Part shown: positions 9,440 to 19,503 of the stretch, in pieces
Layout: every line of letters begins with the position of its first letter
How positions within the stretch are numbered: position 1 is the first letter of the stretch
DNA from: Terriglobia bacterium
GTDB taxonomy: Bacteria; Acidobacteriota; Terriglobia; UBA7540
NCBI GenBank assembly: GCA_030041095.1
Contig: JASHON010000083.1
Location: 16,308-80,307 of the forward strand
Reading direction: 5' to 3'
Length of the DNA stretch: 64,000 nt
Position numbers and translations under genes: made by a program
Notes under the pieces: model-generated
Database searches by the model: none
The model's input: the letters and a program-made list of their open reading frames with translations, nothing else
What the model was told of the DNA's origin: nothing

Positions 9440-10639
9440 TTAGCGCCTCGCTCCTGCGGTCACCCGGTGCGCTGAAAGCTTCTGAAGGCGCCGTGCAGCG
9501 TCCTCGAGCGTGGCGTCTGTCTTGCTGTAGCAGAACCGAACCTGCTGGCTGCCGCCCGTCCCCTGGCTGTAGAAGCTGCTTCCAGGCACGACGGCTACAC
9601 CCACTTCTTCAACCAGATACCGCGCGAATTCAACATCATTTGAAAATCCAAAATCCGAAATGTCCGTCATGATGTAGTAAGCGCCGTGAGGCATGAAACA
9701 GCGGAAGCCCGCGGCCTCCAGCGCGGGCAGGAAGCGGTCGCGGCGCGCCGCGTACTCGCGGCGGATGCGTTCGTAGTATTCCTCCGGCAAAGCGAGTGCG
9801 TCGATCCCAGCCTCCTGGAGGGGCGCGGGCGCGCCGACCGTGATGAAGTCGTGCATCTTGCGGATGGCGTCAGACACTTCCGGGGGTGCAATGGCATAGC
9901 CCACCCGCCATCCGGTCACGCTGTAGGTTTTGGACATGCTGTTGATCGTCACGGTTCTCTCACGCATTCCCGGCAATGAAGCCATCGGGAAATGACGCAG
10001 TCCGTCGTAGACCAGGTAGTTATAAATCTCGTCACATACGGCAAAGGCGTTCCAGCGTCGGCAGAGCGCGGAAATCGCCTCCAACTCCTCGCGCCGAAAA
10101 ACTTTCCCGGTTGGGTTGTTCGGAGTGTTCAGGATCACCGCGCGAGTTCGCTCGTTGAAAGCCGCCGCGAGCTCTTCAGGGTTAAACACCCAGTCCGGCG
10201 GGGTCAAGCGGACGTAGCGAGGCGTGGCGCCGCAAATCACTGCGTCGGGACCGTAGTTTTCATAGAATGGTTCGAAGACAACCACTTCATCTCCCGGATC
10301 GATGACGGCCAGCAGCGTAGAAATCATGGCCTCTGTCGCGCCACAGCATACCGTAATCTCGCGCTCGGGATCGATCGCAAGGCCGGTGTCGCGCTCGTAC
10401 CGCGCCGCGATGGCGCGGCGAAGATCTGCGGCGCCCCAGGTGATGGAGTATTGGTTGATGTCGGCACGGATGGCGCGCACGGCCGCTTCCTTTACTTCAA
10501 AAGGGGCGGCAAAGTCCGGAAATCCCTGCGCCAGATTCACCGCATCATGTTGCATCGCCAGCCGAGTCATTTCCCGGATAACGGATTCGGTGAATTGCTG
10601 CGCTTTGCGGGATACCAGCGCCCGCTTGTCTGAGCCCAT
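9440..10639 (-). CDS. class I/II PLP-dependent aminotransferase
   Basis: NSMSKTYSVTGWRVGY PLP-lysine motif. Start moved to ATG 10639 (MGSDKRALV), which is preceded by GAGGAG. Confidence 0.85.
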   Translation of the reverse strand: MGSDKRALVSRKAQQFTESVIREMTRLAMQHDAVNLAQGFPDFAAPFEVKEAAVRAIRADINQYSITWGAADLRRAIAARYERDTGLAIDPEREITVCCGATEAMISTLLAVIDPGDEVVVFEPFYENYGPDAVICGATPRYVRLTPPDWVFNPEELAAAFNERTRAVILNTPNNPTGKVFRREELEAISALCRRWNAFAVCDEIYNYLVYDGLRHFPMASLPGMRERTVTINSMSKTYSVTGWRVGYAIAPPEVSDAIRKMHDFITVGAPAPLQEAGIDALALPEEYYERIRREYAARRDRFLPALEAAGFRCFMPHGAYYIMTDISDFGFSNDVEFARYLVEEVGVAVVPGSSFYSQGTGGSQQVRFCYSKTDATLEDAARRLQKLSAHRVTAGARR

Positions 10640-10797
10640 AGAAAACTCCTCGTCAATTTGCAGAAAAGCGCCAGAACACCAGGCAAAGCGGCCTGTTGCT
10701 CGGGCGAAAATCGATGCCCACATCCTTTGCCGTATTCAGCGCGCCAGCTCGCGGGGTTGCGCTTCAGGAATGCGCAGGACGCGCCGCACGGGGGCGT

Positions 10798-10892
10798 TGG
10801 CGGAAGTGAGTCGGAATCGAACCGACCGTCCCGATAGAATCGGGACCACAGGATTTGAAGTCCTGGGCGAACACCAGCCCGCATGCACTTCC
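10798..10892 (-). tRNA. selC: tRNA-Sec (anticodon UCA)
   Basis: The 95-nt reverse complement reads GGAAGTGCATGCGGGCTGGTGTTCGCCCAGGACTTCAAATCCTGTGGTCCCGATTCTATCGGGACGGTCGGTTCGATTCCGACTCACTTCCGCCA. It has the anticodon loop CUUCAAA, a long 8-bp variable arm, a TTCGATT T-loop and an encoded CCA. It closely resembles E. coli selC around GGACTTCAAATCC. Confidence 0.85.
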
Positions 10893-10920
10893 ACATGAAC
10901 GTTGAAGCGCCCTTATTATC

Positions 10921-12843
10921 CTACCCGCTCCGGTTTCGGAGCAATCCCAACGGATCCAACGTCTCGCCCGCGCCTTCGCCCGTCTCGATTTCCGCCGCGG
11001 ATTCGGCCTCCTCGACCGCTTCGCCCGGCGCTAGAAAGAGATTGGATTCCAGGCCGTATTGCTTGGTATACAGCTCGAAGTAGCGCCCACCTCTGGCGTA
11101 GAGTGATTCGTGGCTGCCTCGCTCCACAATCCGCCCGGCCTGCATCACCAGGATTTGGTCAGCTTTCCGGATTGTGGAGAGCCGGTGTGCGATGACGAAC
11201 GTCGTCCTTCCGCGCATCAGATAAGCCATGCCCTCCTGAATTTGGCTTTCTGACTCGGAGTCGAGGCTGGAGGTGGCTTCGTCCAGGATAAGAATCCTCG
11301 GATTGGCGAGTATGGCGCGGGCAATCGAGACGCGCTGCTTTTGCCCCCCCGAAAGTTTCACGCCACGCTCGCCGACTACGGTATCGTAGCCAAGCTCGAA
11401 CGGCTCGGCAAGTTCGTCCACGCGCGCGGTCCGGCAAGCGGTCAGAAACTCTTCGTCCGTTGCATTCGGGCGTGAGAACATCACATTCTCTTTGATCGTG
11501 CCGTCGAAGAGGAATGATTCCTGGAGGACCATCCCGAGTTGGGCGCGATAGGAGCCCAGGCGAACTTTGGCAAGATCCAATCCGTCCACATAAACCGTGC
11601 CATTCGTGGGCGTGTAAAACGCGCAGACCAGCCCGATGGTCGTGGATTTGCCGGCGCCGGACGGCCCGACGAGCGCGGTGACGGTTCCCGGCTTGGCTTC
11701 GAAGCTGATCTCGTGCAGAACGGGCTTGCCGGCTTCATAGGCAAACGAGACGTTTTCGAATTGAACTTCGCCGCGTACCGTTTCAAGCGCCTCTGAGCGC
11801 GCCGGTTCGTCGCCCTCGGGCCGCTCGGCAAGCACCTCGCGCGTTCTTTCCAACCCGGCCATAGCCTCGCTAAGCTGCGTCCCGATGGTAACGATCTGCG
11901 CGACCGGGGCAACCAACAGCGCCAGGAAGAAAACGTATTCGAACAGCGTCCCTTCGGTCATCGCGTGGGAAAGGACGGCGCGGGCTCCCAGGTACATGAT
12001 GAGCGCGCTGACGGCGCCCGTGAATACCGTTGAGGCCAGGCGCATGTAGGACACCGTATCCAGCGTTTTCAGGACGTTATCCAGCAGGAGCTGAACGCCT
12101 CCGGCGAAGATCGCACGCTCCCGGTCTTCCGCGTGATAACCTTTCACCACCCGCACGCCGCCGATGGATTCCGTAAGCCGGCCGGTGACCTCCGCGTTGA
12201 GCTTTCGCCGCTCTTTGAAAATGGGTCGCACCGCGCGGAACGCCTTGCGCAGGATCAGGCCGAACGCTGCCAGAGCGCCCACAGCAATGAGCGTCATCGG
12301 AACGTCGATGGTGAGCAGAATGATGAACACGAAGCAGGCGGTCATCAAGCCGCCGGCGAACTGAACCATGCCGGTGCCCAGCAAATTGCGCAGGCCCTCA
12401 ACGTCGCTCATGATGCGCGCCACTAACGCGCCCGCTTTGTTTGAGTCGTAGTAAGAAACGGGCAGGCGTCCGACGTGCGCCTGCACGCGCGTGCGAAGCT
12501 CTGCAATCAGGCGCTGTGCCTCTTTGGAGAGAATCTGCGTCAGTCCAAACGAGCTGGCGCCTTGAATCGCGGTTGCGGCCAGCACCACCAGAATAAGCGG
12601 AAGCAGCAAGCGCACCTCGTGCGCGTTAATAACCCGGTCAATGAGCCATTTAGAGGAAGCCGGAAGGACGAGGCCGGCCAGACGATTCACCACCATCAGC
12701 AGGAAACCCCACGCCAGATGCTTGCGCCGGGGTCTCAGAAACTCCCACATATCGGGAAGCATTTCCCACCACCGCGGCGGCTTGGCGTCGCTTGAGGGAG
12801 TGGCAGTTGCTCGGGAAAGGCCCTGTTTGACGGCAGACATCAA
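10921..12843 (-). CDS. ABC exporter, fused permease/ATPase (MsbA-like)
   Basis: N-terminal 6-TM region, Walker A GPSGAGKST, signature LSGGQKQR and Walker B ILILDEATS. Confidence 0.9.
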   Translation of the reverse strand: MMSAVKQGLSRATATPSSDAKPPRWWEMLPDMWEFLRPRRKHLAWGFLLMVVNRLAGLVLPASSKWLIDRVINAHEVRLLLPLILVVLAATAIQGASSFGLTQILSKEAQRLIAELRTRVQAHVGRLPVSYYDSNKAGALVARIMSDVEGLRNLLGTGMVQFAGGLMTACFVFIILLTIDVPMTLIAVGALAAFGLILRKAFRAVRPIFKERRKLNAEVTGRLTESIGGVRVVKGYHAEDRERAIFAGGVQLLLDNVLKTLDTVSYMRLASTVFTGAVSALIMYLGARAVLSHAMTEGTLFEYVFFLALLVAPVAQIVTIGTQLSEAMAGLERTREVLAERPEGDEPARSEALETVRGEVQFENVSFAYEAGKPVLHEISFEAKPGTVTALVGPSGAGKSTTIGLVCAFYTPTNGTVYVDGLDLAKVRLGSYRAQLGMVLQESFLFDGTIKENVMFSRPNATDEEFLTACRTARVDELAEPFELGYDTVVGERGVKLSGGQKQRVSIARAILANPRILILDEATSSLDSESESQIQEGMAYLMRGRTTFVIAHRLSTIRKADQILVMQAGRIVERGSHESLYARGGRYFELYTKQYGLESNLFLAPGEAVEEAESAAEIETGEGAGETLDPLGLLRNRSG

Positions 12844-12868
12844 TCTTCAGCTTTCGCAGGAAATACGA

Positions 12869-13804
12869 CTACGCTGGCGGGTGGACGAGCTGCAGGGCCA
12901 TCAAAGCGAATGAGCCCGCGATGATGACGACGGAAACCACCGCGAGCGTGTTCCACAGGTTCTCGCTGCCTCGCGTTTTCGGCTCGCCTTCCTGAATCAG
13001 GTAACCCAGCGCCAGCCCGCTGATGAACCCACCCAGGTGCGCGGCGTTGTCGACCGAGAAGATGGGAATGAGGCCGAAAATGGCGATATAGATCACCCAC
13101 CGCCAGAGTTGACGCCGTAATTCTCGCCCCATCGAGCCCAATCGGTAGCTCGCGGAAATCATCACGCCGATCAACCCCATGATAGCTCCCGAGGCGCCAA
13201 TGGACATCCCGAACGGCGACCAGAACATGCTCACCACATACCCGAACACCCCGGTCACCAGAAAAATGACGATGTACTTCGAGCCGCTGAAGAGCGATTC
13301 CACCATCGGACCGATGTCGAAGAGGCACCAGAGATTAAAACCGATGTGGATGAGTCCCGCGTGCAGGAAGACGGCCGTCACCAGACGCCAATATTGTCCG
13401 GCCAGGATCAACGGCCCCTTGGCGCCCAATTCCCTCAAAACCGTAAGGGAGATGCCGCCCAGCGCGGGAGCGGAGCCCAGCGAGGCGGACGCCGCCCGCT
13501 GGGTGAGCGCCCAGCTTATGCCGTAGATGAGGATGATGAAGATGATGATGGCGCTGTTGGCGGTGCTCGGCACAGGGATGACGCCACCCATGACGCGCCC
13601 GGGAACGGAGCTGGGGCGCGAGCGCGCCCCGCCCACCCGCGTTCCGCAGAGAGGGCAAGTGGAGGCTTTGCGGTCGATCAGCCCGCGGCATGCGGGACAC
13701 ATCCGCAACGCGTTGTTATATTTTTCCTCCTTCGCGCCGAACGTTCGCCGCAGGTTGTTCCTGACGCGCTGCAGCTTGAACCACCATCTCCGCGAGTCTG
13801 GCAT
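12869..13804 (-). CDS. rhomboid family intramembrane serine protease with N-terminal zinc ribbon
   Basis: GASGAIMGLIG catalytic Ser motif, downstream AHLGGFISG His motif, and N-terminal CPAC...CPLC. Start moved to ATG 13804, which avoids overlap with the neighbouring permease. Confidence 0.8.
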   Translation of the reverse strand: MPDSRRWWFKLQRVRNNLRRTFGAKEEKYNNALRMCPACRGLIDRKASTCPLCGTRVGGARSRPSSVPGRVMGGVIPVPSTANSAIIIFIILIYGISWALTQRAASASLGSAPALGGISLTVLRELGAKGPLILAGQYWRLVTAVFLHAGLIHIGFNLWCLFDIGPMVESLFSGSKYIVIFLVTGVFGYVVSMFWSPFGMSIGASGAIMGLIGVMISASYRLGSMGRELRRQLWRWVIYIAIFGLIPIFSVDNAAHLGGFISGLALGYLIQEGEPKTRGSENLWNTLAVVSVVIIAGSFALMALQLVHPPA

Positions 13805-13845
13805 ATAAGCAAGTATGCAGGAGGATGCACGAGGTGTAAATGATT

Positions 13846-15345
13846 TCAGCGGCGGCGGGCGAACTCGCTGCGATGGCGGCCATAGCCCCAATAGATGCCC
13901 ATGCCGATGATCAGCCACACCACGAAGCGCAGCCATGTTTCAATCGGCAGGCTTGCCATCAGGACGAGGCAGCAGAGAATGGAGGCCAGAGGAATGACAG
14001 GAACCCAGGGCACACGGAAGCCTCGCGGGCGGTTCGGCTGCTTCTTCCGGAGGACCAGTACGCCAAGCGCCACCAGCACAAACGCGAAGAGCGTGCCGAT
14101 ATTCGAAAGGTCGGCGAGCGTGCCCACGTCGAAGACGCCGGCCGGCAGCGCCACGAAGAAGCCGGCTACCCACGTGCTGACGTGAGGCGTGCGAAATCGC
14201 CGGTGAACGCTCGCAAACGCGCGAGGCAAGAGGCCGTCACGCGACATCGCAAACCAGATTCGCGCCTGGCCAAGTTGATAAACCAGGAGCGAGCTCGTCA
14301 TCCCCATCAGCGCTCCAATCACAACCCACCGTTCCACTGCCACCAGGCCGATGGCGTGGAGCGCGCGCGCAACGGGAGCGGCGTTGGCCAGATGCGGCCA
14401 CTTCTGGATGCCGGTGAGCACAACAGCGACAGAGATGTACAACACCGCGCAAACAACCAGTGACGCGAGGATGCCCGTGGGAACGTCCGTTTGCGGATGT
14501 TTGCATTCCTCGGCTGCGGTCGAAACGGAGTCAAAGCCGATATACGAGAAGAAAATAATCGCTCCGCCCGTCAGCACGCCCTGCCAGCCATTCGGCATGA
14601 AGGGTTTCCAGTTCGCAACTTTGACGTGCGGAGCCGCAGCCGCTACAAAGATGAGAATGGCGATAATCTTCACTCCCACCATCACGCTGTTGGCTTCTGC
14701 GCTTTCCCGGATGCCAATCACGAGAATGACGGTGAGAAGCATGACGATGAGGAAGCCTGGGAGATCGAAATATGACCCCGTCCATTTTCCGCCCACAAGC
14801 ATCGGCTGCGTGAATTGCCGGGAAAGATGGATGCCGAAGCTTTGGAACAGATTGTCGATATACGCGGAATACCCTACGGCGACGGCCATGTTGCTGACCG
14901 CGTATTCCAGGATCAAATCCCAGCCGATAATCCAGGCAACGATTTCGCCGAGTGTCGCGTAAGTGTAGGTATAGGCGCTGCCCGCGATCGGAATCATGGA
15001 GGCTAATTCCGCGTAGCAAAGCCCCGCGAGTCCGCAGACGAAGGCAACCAGGAGGAAAGATAAAGCGATGGCAGGCCCTGCGCCGGGCCGGCCGTTGAAC
15101 CCCAGAGCGTGCGCGCCGTGCAGCAACACGCCGAGCAGGGGAGCATTCAATAAGGACCGCATTTCAAGTTTTTGTCCTGCCGCCGCGGTCCCGGTCAGCA
15201 CAAATATCCCGGAGCCGACGATCGCGCCGATGCCCAAGGCCGTCAGCGACCAGGGCCCCAGCGTCTTTCGGAGGCGATGCTCGGGCTCCTCCGATTCAGC
15301 AATGAGCCTGTCGATACTCTTGGTCTGGAATATTTGGCTTTTCAA
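13846..15345 (-). CDS. APC-family amino acid permease (cationic amino acid transporter-like)
   Basis: About 12 predicted TM helices and N-terminal KSIDRLI...LGPWSLTALGIGAIVGSGIF, typical of the family. The likely TTG start at 15345 is preferred because the track start at 15432 adds an Arg/Pro-rich non-homologous extension. Confidence 0.8.
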   Translation of the reverse strand: MKSQIFQTKSIDRLIAESEEPEHRLRKTLGPWSLTALGIGAIVGSGIFVLTGTAAAGQKLEMRSLLNAPLLGVLLHGAHALGFNGRPGAGPAIALSFLLVAFVCGLAGLCYAELASMIPIAGSAYTYTYATLGEIVAWIIGWDLILEYAVSNMAVAVGYSAYIDNLFQSFGIHLSRQFTQPMLVGGKWTGSYFDLPGFLIVMLLTVILVIGIRESAEANSVMVGVKIIAILIFVAAAAPHVKVANWKPFMPNGWQGVLTGGAIIFFSYIGFDSVSTAAEECKHPQTDVPTGILASLVVCAVLYISVAVVLTGIQKWPHLANAAPVARALHAIGLVAVERWVVIGALMGMTSSLLVYQLGQARIWFAMSRDGLLPRAFASVHRRFRTPHVSTWVAGFFVALPAGVFDVGTLADLSNIGTLFAFVLVALGVLVLRKKQPNRPRGFRVPWVPVIPLASILCCLVLMASLPIETWLRFVVWLIIGMGIYWGYGRHRSEFARRR

Positions 15346-15719
15346 GAGCGAAGTCGGAAGTCTGGGGCTGGGTCTGGGGCGTCGGATTCTGGGAGTCCGC
15401 CCTCCATCAAGAGTTCTTGGCGCGCACCCCACGGCGCCTGCACGCCCGCGCCGGACTCCATTACCGTGCCGCTACGGTCGGGCCCCGCTTCTTGACACGA
15501 GGCTTGCGGGACCCACGAGGGGCGGTTCTTTTCGGCTTGGGAGGCGTCTTCTTGCGTGCCTCCCGTTTCAACCTCTTACGTTCCTGCTTGTCTGTGATCT
15601 TTCTTGTGTCCACTTGAGTTTTCCTCTGGAAACGGATGATGAAATTCTGCCTTCAGAACGGGAATGAAGCAAACGTGATGGCTTTCACAGGGATTTGTTT
15701 CGGCCACTTCACATGATGG

Positions 15720-17948
<2,229 letters not shown>

Positions 17949-17960
17949 CGCTTGGCAGCC

Positions 17961-17989
17961 ATTCTACACGATTGGACCAGGGCTGACAA
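17961..17989 (-). promoter_or_regulatory. putative sigma70 promoter of pcrA (TTGTCA-17 nt-TAGAAT)
   Basis: On the minus strand, TTGTCA (17989-17984) and TAGAAT (17966-17961) are 17 nt apart. The -10 element ends 12 nt before the pcrA ATG. Confidence 0.4.
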
Positions 17990-18280
17990 ACGTCGCTTTG
18001 CTGGTGTCGCTTTGCTGGTTGTCGTTGCTGTGTGCCTTGTTGCGTCGCCCTGCTGCCATGCTGTGGTTCCAAGGGGCTGCGCACAAATAACTTTGCTTAA
18101 GGCTCGATGCGAGTTTATTTTTTTAGTCGCGAACCCCAGAGGCGAGTTTCCGGCTAACTCTCTCATCGCAGCTAAAGGAAGAATGAGGCGCGGGTTTTCA
18201 GATAAAGGATTCCCCTCGTGGGCCAGCATCAGGGAGATTGTAAGGCGAGAGAATAGCGAAAGCCAGCGGTTTTACGGGGG

Positions 18281-18694
18281 TTAAAGCTGCATCATGGATA
18301 GGTCCGGGATCAGCCGGAAGTGGCGAGGATTGACGGTCAGCACGGAGTAGCCATGCAACAGGGCCGTGGCTCCGATCAATAGATCACTAAAGGGAATGGT
18401 GACACCACGCTCTTGCTGCTCGCCCTCAAGCCTGCCGGCGAGCAACGCGGTTTCTTTGGTGTATGGATAAACTTCCACATCGCTGATGAGTTCGAAGATG
18501 AATGATTCGCGGCGGGAGCGCATCTGCGGAGTGCGAGCACGATAGATGCCGTGCACAAGCTCGGTAAGGCCGATAGATGAGAGGACCGCTTGTTGATCCC
18601 CGGTTGCTGCAACAACTTGCCGCAGAAGCTGCGTGACGGTATCGCCCCGGCGCTCGGCGTCGATCACCACAGTGGAATCAAGGACTAATCCCAT
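18281..18694 (-). CDS. vapC: PIN-domain toxin VapC
   Basis: N-terminal LDSTVVID acidic motif and PIN architecture. It overlaps the upstream antitoxin gene. Confidence 0.85.
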   Translation of the reverse strand: MGLVLDSTVVIDAERRGDTVTQLLRQVVAATGDQQAVLSSIGLTELVHGIYRARTPQMRSRRESFIFELISDVEVYPYTKETALLAGRLEGEQQERGVTIPFSDLLIGATALLHGYSVLTVNPRHFRLIPDLSMMQL

Positions 18695-18975
18695 GCGGGC
18701 GGGTTCAGCGGCTCACGATGGCTGTTGATGACAGCTTCCAGGTCGGCGGCGAAGTCTTCATCCAGAGTCACTGTGGAACCGTGCGCCTCCGCCAGCGCGA
18801 TGGATTCAGAAAGCAGACGGCCAGGGCGCGCCGTGATGGGCTTGAGTACGGCGACGGGTTGTGCGCTTTGCTCGATCACCACTTCCGCGCCGGCGCGCAC
18901 CCGCACCAACAACTTGGCGAAGTCCTTCGCGGCTTCTTCTTCCGAGATGTGAATGACGGGCTGTGCCATGCCCAC
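18685..18975 (-). CDS. Phd/YefM-type antitoxin
   Basis: Small ORF overlapping the vapC start. The N-terminal IHISEEEAAKDFAKLLVRVRAGAEVVIE pattern is typical of Phd/YefM antitoxins. Confidence 0.75.
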   Translation of the reverse strand: MGMAQPVIHISEEEAAKDFAKLLVRVRAGAEVVIEQSAQPVAVLKPITARPGRLLSESIALAEAHGSTVTLDEDFAADLEAVINSHREPLNPPAWD

Positions 18976-18984
18976 GATTATACC

Positions 18985-19197
18985 TCAACGCTTCCCTAAT
19001 GAATCGGGAACGCACATGCCGTTTTCACATTTCGAGATCGTCATGCTGCCGTAGCGGTCGTGAGAAAACGCCAGGTTATAAGTCGAATTCCCCGTCGCCA
19101 CTGCCGTTGAGAGCCGATTCAGCGGGTCATACGTGTAAAGCGTCGAGCGGGGCGCGGACCTCCGCCCTTGAGGTCCGCGGCTTGAGGGCTTCCTCAA
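18985..19197 (-). pseudogene. RHS/YD-repeat protein fragment
   Basis: YTYDPLNRL and YNLAFSHDRYG are YD-repeat units. The isolated 70-codon ORF has no N-terminal or toxin domains. Confidence 0.4.
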
Positions 19198-19337
19198 ATG
19201 CGGGTTCTTTCATCTGCGGGCAGGCGAATTCGGTCAACGGTCAGGCCGCAGCGCTGTTGTTGCTCCGCCACGCTCATCCCGGAATACTCATGGACGCTGG
19301 ACCATGGCCAGTCCGGACCACTCGGCGGAAAAGAGGG

Positions 19338-19460
19338 CAAAAACTAGAAGGCCCCCTGCTGGAGGGGGCCCAAGGGCGCTGTGAACAGCGTTGCCTTACG
19401 CGAACGAAAGTCGCTTCGCTTACTAAGATAAGCAGGGACAATCGCCGCTGAGATACACGA
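19338..19460 (-). ncRNA. predicted tracrRNA
   Basis: The minus-strand anti-repeat GTGTATCTCAGCGGCGATTGTCCC... is complementary to the CRISPR repeat. It is followed by a bulged hairpin, a UAAGGC motif, the hairpin CGCTG-TTCA-CAGCG, and the terminator GGCCCCCT-CCAGC-AGGGGGCC plus TTCTAGTTTTT. Confidence 0.7.
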
Positions 19461-19465
19461 GAAGT

Positions 19466-19493
19466 AGTATAATCTTTTCATTTCCATCGTCAA
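19466..19493 (-). promoter_or_regulatory. putative tracrRNA promoter (TTGACG-16 nt-TATACT)
   Basis: The minus strand reads TTGACG (19493-19488) and TATACT (19471-19466), which places the start about 7 nt downstream at the first G of the anti-repeat. The -10 overlaps a plus-strand TATAAT (19468-19473) facing cas9. Confidence 0.45.
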
Positions 19494-19503
19494 GGGGGGA
19501 AAC

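Noticed and set aside
9440-15432. Candidate selenoprotein genes (in-frame TGA followed by a hairpin) near selC.
   Set aside because: All neighbouring genes read through as normal full-length ORFs, and no split ORF pair separated by a single TGA was seen. A genome-wide search is needed.
19198-19340. Short minus-strand frame MSVAEQQQRCGLTVDRIRLPADERTRI, a possible helix-turn-helix fragment next to the tracrRNA terminator.
   Set aside because: It is too short and too weakly similar to any HTH family for me to support from sequence alone.
19445-19473. A plus-strand promoter for cas9, based on the perfect TATAAT at 19468-19473.
   Set aside because: No acceptable -35 or extended -10 (TGn) could be found at the right distance. 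It is mentioned only as part of the divergent arrangement and is not annotated as a feature.
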